This document shows, one piece after another, positions 60,118 through 64,000 of a stretch of DNA of 64,000 bases. The stretch covers positions 434,001-498,000 of the forward strand of contig NIVC01000594.1 in assembly GCA_002269645.1 (NCBI GenBank), read 5' to 3'. Both the position numbers and the translations under genes were made by a program. Within the stretch, counting starts at the first letter, position 1, and each line of letters begins with the position of its first letter. The stretch is from Macrostomum lignano (lineage: Eukaryota). The notes beneath the pieces were generated by a model. That model made no database searches, was not told the origin of the DNA, and saw only the letters and a list, made by a program, of their open reading frames with translations.

Positions 60118-61270
60118 TTAATCTTCATCCTCAGGCGGCGGCACGATGGTGACAGGCCGATGGGCGTGGTGCAGCACGTAGTCGCTGACAGATCCCAGGA
60201 AGGCCCTGCGCAGCTTCCCGATTCCGCGCGAGCCCATCACGATGAGGGCGACATCCTCCTCATCAGCGATTTGCACGATGGCCTGCGTTGCAGCGTTGAA
60301 GAAGTACAAGGATGAGGCTCGTGTTCGACTTTTTTAAATTGGCAGAAGAAGTAGAGTAGTAAATATATATAGAGCGTTTTTTCATGCATGTGGTACCTGA
60401 AAGAGTTAACCTTCAAAATATCCTGACTTAACACCCTCGTGCTGGCGCCCCTGGTGCTGGCACCTCTGGTGCTGGCGCCCCTGGTGCAAAAGCCCCTGGT
60501 GCAAAATCTCCTGGTGCTAAAGCCCCTGGTTCTAAAGCCCCTGATGCTAAAGCCCCTGGTGCTGAATCTCCTGATGCTAAAGCCCCTGGTTCTAAAGCCC
60601 CTGGTGCTAAAGCCCTTGGTGCTAAAGCCTCTGGTTCTAAAGCCCCTTGGTGCTAAAGCCCCTGGTGCTAAATCTCCTAATGCTGGCGCCCTTATCATGG
60701 TACGGGCGCCAGCTGAAGCCCCATAGCACTCACACACGCTCACACAGGGTGCACAGCGATCGTGACTTTCTAATCGTCAGACATGTACAATCTCTGTGCC
60801 ATGGGGGTTGGACCTCATGGCTGGGAATGAATGGGTGCTGCTGGTGAGAGTCGGACGCGAGGCCAGTCAGACGCATATGTCAGCTACTCGCCGATATGTA
60901 TCGATAAAACGCATAACTAAAGGCCACAAACCTGCCCGGTGCCGTGGGCAATACGCTCCAAGAAGCGGATGTGCGCGATGCCCAGCGACTGGCAGAGCTC
61001 GCGCACGTGACCGGCCAGCTGCTTGGCCTCGGCCACCTTCTCCTCCACGGCCTTGGCGTACACCTCCCCGGCTGCCACCCCCGCCATGCCGAAACCGATG
61101 GCCACCTCCGGCGGCTCGCTGACGTTGGCGAAGATCACCTGGTCGGTGTCGCGTTTGATGTGCTCGGCGTAGAACCGGAGGCCGCGCTCGCTGTGCTGGC
61201 TGCGGTCGATGCCGATGAGCACCTTCCGGCCTTGGTGCTGCTGCTGCTCACCGCTGGTGCTGGTTGCCAT
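60118..61270 (-). CDS. Universal stress protein A (USP)-domain protein, 167 aa, 2 exons
   Basis: Exons 61270-60932 and 60282-60118 (phase 0; CAG|gtttgt, acgcag|GCC). RKVLIGIDRSQHSERGL...; GQAIVQIADEEDVALIVMGSRGIGKLRRAFLGSVSDYVLHHAHRPVTIVP contains the USP ATP-binding G-x2-G-x9-G(S/T) motif. Confidence 0.92.
60440..60690. repeat. 15-bp intronic minisatellite CTGGTGCTAAAGCCC
   Basis: USP intron. Confidence 0.88.
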
Positions 61271-61321
61271 GCGGAATCTGAGGGATTCGATTTCGGTGTC
61301 AAATGAATATCTCCCACACAA

Positions 61322-61608
61322 TCTGAGACACGAGAGGCGCCACAATCTGAAATGACAAGAGGCGCCACAATCTAAGATAACAAAAGGCGCCACAATCTGA
61401 GAAACAAAGAGGCGCCACAATCTGAGACACGAGAGGCGCCACAATCTGAGACACGAGAGGCGCCACAATCTGAGACACGAGAGGCGCCACAATCTGAGAC
61501 ACGAGAGGCGCCACAATCTAAGATAACAAAAGGCACCACAATGTAAGTCACGAGAGGTTCCAAAATCTGAGATAACAAGAGGCGCCACAATCTAAGACAC
61601 AAGGGCGC
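61322..61608. repeat. 24-bp minisatellite GGCGCCACAATCTGAGACACGAGA
   Basis: About 12 units directly upstream of the USP start. Confidence 0.9.
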
Positions 61609-62354
61609 CATATCATACAAAACAAGCGCCAAGCGAACGCATATCCAGCATCAAAGCAGAATCAAATTAATAAAAAACTACAGAAATCTGGCTATAAAAA
61701 GACTCACCAGTCTCAAATTCTAGAATAGAATTTACAGTTCTGCAAGATAAAAAACTTTGTTAAAACGCCTGGCTGCTCCCGGGTCTGTGGGAAAACTGTG
61801 GCAGACAGAGACAAAGCCAAAATAAGGGCGAGTTGATCAAGCCGGGGCTCAAATTTTAAAGCCTCTTTGCTGACAGGTTCTGATAGGGTCTGGGAAGGAG
61901 AGAGGAAGAGGAGCTGGAAGGTTTGAGAAAAGAAGGGATCGAAAGATAAGCAAAGAGCTGCCAGACCTCGCTTCTCTGAGCTGTGGAGAATGGGGAAGGT
62001 AGCTTATATAGTTGAGATTGATTAAAAAATGAAGGTCGATGTCAATGCATGAGTCTGTGTGTATTTGGCCACTATTGCCTATGGAATATATGCTAATATA
62101 TGCTTAATATAGGGGATTGCGCCCCATCCTGCCATTGGTTGAACATGCAGCTCCCTATGCATGCGAAAATCCCGCCTGCAGATCCTTCGACCGCGTACAC
62201 CATCTCAAACAGGAAGGTGGGGATCTGGGAGGAGGCAAGTAAGGGAGAAGAAAATATATTATTAGTAAGAGGCGAGGTCTGAGGGTGGAGGGTTGGTGCT
62301 TCTGGAGGGGGCGGGGGGGGGGGTAATATCGATCGATTTTCGTCAGAGAAAGAC

Positions 62355-62358
<4 letters not shown>

Positions 62359-62397
<39 letters not shown>
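62359..62397. repeat. (GA)n microsatellite
   Basis: Direct reading. Confidence 0.9.
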
Positions 62398-62398
<1 letters not shown>

Positions 62399-62779
62399 GA
62401 ACTGCAAGTTAAACCGGGTGTACACTAATCCCTTCTGGCTGAGGGATAGGGATTAGTAAAGAGAGAGAGAGGAACAGAAAAAATCCAGAAGCCTTTAGTT
62501 AGTCAAAGACTGTACATAGCTATGGGCAGTGCACACTCACACACCCCCATGTCCTGCTGCTGCCGTACACTCAGTGAGCAAATTTATGAAGCAAAGATTC
62601 CAGAAATATAGCTTGTATGCGCGTGAGGGATAGAGGGAAAGGGAGAGAAGGCAAAAGCCGGGGGAGTCAAGGAGGTCACAAACGAAAAACTGGAGTAGGA
62701 AGGCAAAAGGTCGTAGAAGACCGACAAATAATCTTGATCGACCATTAAAACTCTGAATTAAACGTTTTGAGTTTAGCAT

Positions 62780-64000
62780 TTGGCGCTAAAATCTAGCCTT
62801 CTGTGGCGCTGAATTGGCACTAAAATCTAGCCTGTGGAGCTGAATTGGCGCTAAAATCTAGCCTGTGGAGCTGAATTGGCGCTAAAATCTAGCCTGTGGA
62901 GCTGAATTGGCGCTAAAATCTAGCCTTCTGTGGCGCTGAATTGGCGCTAAAATCTAGCCTTCTGTGGCGCTGAATTGGCGCTAAAATCTAGCCTTCTGTG
63001 GCGCTGAATTGGCGCTAAAATCTAGCCTGTAGAGCTGAATTGGCGCTAAAATCTAGCCTGTGGAGCTGAATTGGCGCTAAAATCTAGCCTTCTCTGGAGC
63101 TGAATTGGCGCTAAAATCTAGCCTGTGGAGCTGAATCGGCGCTAAAATCTAGCCTGTGGAGCTGAATTGGCGCTAAAATCTAGCTTTCTGTGGCGCTAAA
63201 TTGGCGCTAAAATCTAGCCTGTAGAGCTGAATTGGCGCTAAAATCTAGCCTGTGGAGCTGAATTGGCGCTAAAATCTAGCCTTCTCTGGAGCTGAATTGG
63301 CGCTAAAATCTAGCCTGTGGAGCTGAATCGGCGCTAAAATCTAGCCTGTGGAGCTAAATTGGCGCTAAAATCTAGCTTTCTGTGGCGCTAAATTGGCGCT
63401 AAAATCTAGCCTGTAGAGCTGAATTGGCGCTAAAATCTAGCCTGTGGAGCTGAATTGGCGCTAAAATCTAGCCTTCTCTGGAGCTGAATTGGCGCTAAAA
63501 TCTAGCCTGTGGAGCTGAATCGGCGCTAAAATCTAGCCTGTGGAGCTAAATTGGCGCTAAAATCTAGCTTTCTGTGGCGCTGAATTGGTGCTAAAATCTA
63601 GCCTGTGGAGCTGAATTGGCGCTAAAATCTAGCCTTCTCTGGAGCTGAATTGGCGCTAAAATCTAGCAAAATGGAGCTGAATCGGCGCTAAAATCTAGCT
63701 TTCTGTGGCGCTGAATTAGCGCTAAAATCTAGCCTGTGGAGCTGAATTGGCGCTAAAATCTAGCCTTCTCTGGAGCTGAATTGGCGCTAAAATCTAGACT
63801 GAGGAGCTGAATTGGCGCTAAAATCTAGCCTTCTGTGGCGCTGGATTTGCGCTAAAATCTAGCCTGTGGAGCTGAATTGGCGCTAAAATCTAGCCTTCTG
63901 TGGCGCTGAATTGGCGCTAAAATCTAGCAAAATGGAGCTGAATCGGCGCTAAAATCTAGCCTGTGGAGCTGAATCGGCGCTAAAATCTAGCCTTCTGTGG
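62780..64000. repeat. 31/34-bp minisatellite CTGAATTGGCGCTAAAATCTAGCC(TTC)TGTGGAG with 192-bp higher-order repeat (runs off window end)
   Basis: GTAGAGC marker at 63029, 63221, 63413. Confidence 0.95.

Overview
Animal nuclear genomic DNA, not prokaryotic: it has GT-AG spliced genes, GC-rich exons and introns filled with minisatellites. The style suggests a free-living flatworm such as Macrostomum, which is an inference and not provable from this window. By chaining splice sites and reading phases I reconstructed six complete genes and the 3' end of a seventh. In order: an unidentified + strand gene end (638-1992); a SCHIP1 homolog with an N-terminal IQ motif split by an intron (12307-18139 +); SHP2/PTPN11 (26864-21177 -, about 593 aa); an intronless NME8-type thioredoxin + 3xNDK gene with an EEQK tail (27335-29896 +), head-to-head with SHP2; a PP1-like pseudophosphatase (34176-30944 -); a Neto-like CUB-CUB-LDLa-TM gene (56380-35363 -); and a universal stress protein (61270-60118 -). 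A very young Ty3/Gypsy LTR retrotransposon (43807-48043; identical 181-bp LTRs, GTCAG target-site duplication) sits in a Neto intron, and a tRNA-derived SINE sits in a SCHIP1 intron. About 40 distinct tandem arrays cover roughly 27 kb (about 40%, hand estimate). Most long ORFs in the supplied track are artefacts of these arrays. Main leads: the IQ-SCHIP1 fusion, the PP1 pseudoenzyme, a GGCGCCA-N-AAT core shared by otherwise unrelated minisatellites, an intronic array of 22 perfect GTCACGTGAC (CLEAR/E-box) motifs, and arrays built from splice-donor or splice-acceptor sequences next to real splice sites.
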